DNA of 64,000 nucleotides from Sphaerochaetaceae bacterium (GTDB lineage Bacteria; Bacillota_I; Bacilli_A; RF39; UBA660): NCBI GenBank assembly GCA_963609095.1, contig CAVDHX010000024.1, positions 7,126 to 71,125 of the forward strand, read 5' to 3'. Shown piece by piece: positions 62,490 to 64,000 of this stretch (position 1 is its first letter; each line of letters starts with the position of its first letter). The notes under the pieces were generated by a model. It saw only the letters and a program-made list of their open reading frames with translations, ran no database searches and was not told where the DNA came from. The position numbers and the translations under genes were made by a program.

Positions 62490-63551
62490 AACCTTACATT
62501 TAATAAAAATAGCAAAAGGAATTATAAAAAATATAATATAAAGTATATAAATAAGATAATTTTGAAAAAAATATTCACTCGTTCCATGAGTTAAGAAAAT
62601 AACATTAGATATAAAACTTATAGCAATGCAAATAACAATTATTATTTTGTTATTTGTTTTTTTATCTACTTTAAAAATTACCTTTATTCCTTCTTTAATA
62701 AAAAATAATCCTATAATTATTAAAACAAACAAAGCAAATATCCATTCCAAAGATAAAATACTCTCAATTCTGTTGGCTATCTCTAAAACACTGACCCTTT
62801 TTAACAAATGAAAACTAGGGTAGTCATAAAGTGAAGCTAAATCTATACCAAAAATACTTATTGTTAAAAACATAATATTTAAAAGAGAAATAGTAGCAAA
62901 TAAATAAAATAAAAAATTTTTTTTAGCCGAATAATTAATTATTTTATTATTAGGTATAATTGTTAAAAGAAATATTGGTAAAACATTATAAGCAATAAAA
63001 ATAAAAGACCCACATAAAATATTTTTAGGTCTTGTAAATAAAATGGGTTTTAAATTGTCAATATTTATACCAGAAATCAAGCCTAAAATTATAAAAATCA
63101 TAAATATTATAACAACATAAAATAAAATCAAACTAACCTTACTAACAACATGAAAATCTTTACTAACAGCATAGCAAATAGGTAAAATTACCGCACTAGT
63201 TATTATCCAAGTAGATGTTTTATATAAAAACTGTGAATCAATAAAATGAATTAAATTCCAAAAATTGCATATTGTAAAAATCAATACACCAATTAAAATA
63301 ATAAAATTTAAACTGCGGCAAAATTTAAAATTATTATTAATAATATCTATAATATTTTTATTTGGATTATTTATTTTAATAAAATGAAATAAAAAAAACG
63401 GAATAACACCTAATATAATACCTAAAATAATACTTATCCAAGCATCTTCACTGCACATAGAAATTAAAATACCTACAGTAACTTCTATAAAGCATGCCCT
63501 TATTAAAAAAAACAAAATAGTATTATATTCTAATGAAGAAATTTTTCTCAT
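62481..63551 (-). CDS. spore germination protein, GerAB/GerKB-type amino-acid-permease-like subunit
   Basis: 356 aa with ~10 TM helices, in operon with a GerAC-like gene upstream. Confidence 0.65.
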   Translation of the reverse strand: MRKISSLEYNTILFFLIRACFIEVTVGILISMCSEDAWISIILGIILGVIPFFLFHFIKINNPNKNIIDIINNNFKFCRSLNFIILIGVLIFTICNFWNLIHFIDSQFLYKTSTWIITSAVILPICYAVSKDFHVVSKVSLILFYVVIIFMIFIILGLISGINIDNLKPILFTRPKNILCGSFIFIAYNVLPIFLLTIIPNNKIINYSAKKNFLFYLFATISLLNIMFLTISIFGIDLASLYDYPSFHLLKRVSVLEIANRIESILSLEWIFALFVLIIIGLFFIKEGIKVIFKVDKKTNNKIIIVICIAISFISNVIFLTHGTSEYFFQNYLIYILYIIFFIIPFAIFIKCKVLK

Positions 63552-64000
63552 TTTGCCGCCTCCTTTATAGTTTTAGCAAGTGATCCAGTTGCAGAAATCT
63601 TTAAATTACAGTTGATTTTAACATTAATTTTAGGAAAATATTTATCATTCCATTTTGATTTTATTTTGTTCCACTTCTTTGGATTATTCTTATAAATAAT
63701 ATTTCCAAATCCAAATATATCAGTTTTATAATTTTTTTTCATTTTTAAAATGACCCTTTGTAAATCTTTTTTAGCTTGCTTATTCCAAGCATTTTCTATA
63801 TTTTCTAAAACCTTATAATCTTTAATATTAATATTTCCATTAACATTATAAATATTTCCTTTACCATATACATTAATATTAAAACTATTATCTCCATCAT
63901 ACTTTATTATCGTCTTTAAATTTCTAGAATCAATACTAATATTTTCACCTTTATACTTTATAGTATAATTTAACTCCTTAGTATCATTTTTTAAAATATT
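63548..64000 (-). CDS. spore germination protein GerAC-like, C-terminal part; gene continues beyond the window
   Basis: The minus-strand frame stays open from 63742 to the window edge. Its 4-nt overlap with the GerAB-like gene fits the gerA-operon architecture. Confidence 0.5.
   Translation of the reverse strand, partial: NILKNDTKELNYTIKYKGENISIDSRNLKTIIKYDGDNSFNINVYGKGNIYNVNGNINIKDYKVLENIENAWNKQAKKDLQRVILKMKKNYKTDIFGFGNIIYKNNPKKWNKIKSKWNDKYFPKINVKINCNLKISATGSLAKTIKEAAK

Noticed and set aside
37028-64000. Possible CRISPR array or prophage
   Set aside because: No regularly spaced direct repeats, and no capsid, terminase or tail genes, anywhere in the window. The only recombinase is a lone Xer/integrase-type gene.

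Overview
A 64 kb chromosomal segment of a very AT-rich, endospore-forming Firmicute (Clostridia-like). The sporulation call rests on Spo0A, a GerAB/GerAC germination operon, and YunB/YutD-like genes. It is mostly housekeeping genes in syntenic blocks: deoD, an M16 peptidase pair, uvrC, ffh, sufC-sufD-sufS, a T-box leader plus argS, rpsP, uppS-cdsA-rseP, rpsO-pnp, murD, clpP, gap...pgk...tpiA, spo0A, and murG-ftsQ-ftsA-ftsZ. The best candidate for a novel system is a compact islet (~21.5-24.7 kb) next to tRNA-Leu(GAG) and degraded mobile-element remnants. It holds its own promoter, a 21-codon peptide ORF, an intervening hairpin, an MccB/ThiF-like E1 adenylyltransferase with a C-terminal CxxC...CxxC pair, and a translationally coupled ABC-F ATPase. 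This looks like a minimal microcin C-like, peptide-nucleotide RiPP locus, but the candidate peptide ends in Asn-Cys rather than Asn, and the partner is ribosome-associated rather than an exporter. Other items: two tandem TasA/camelysin-like paralogs with conserved termini and a variable core; a higher-GC, 5'-truncated multidomain cell-wall hydrolase at the window start; three prepilin-type genes scattered among glycolysis genes and spo0A; a lone tyrosine recombinase with repeated motifs upstream of the dcw cluster; a hybrid histidine kinase whose H-box His is replaced by Gln; a Cys/His-rich small protein; and a structured 3'UTR inverted repeat. No rRNA, CRISPR arrays or intact prophage were seen.
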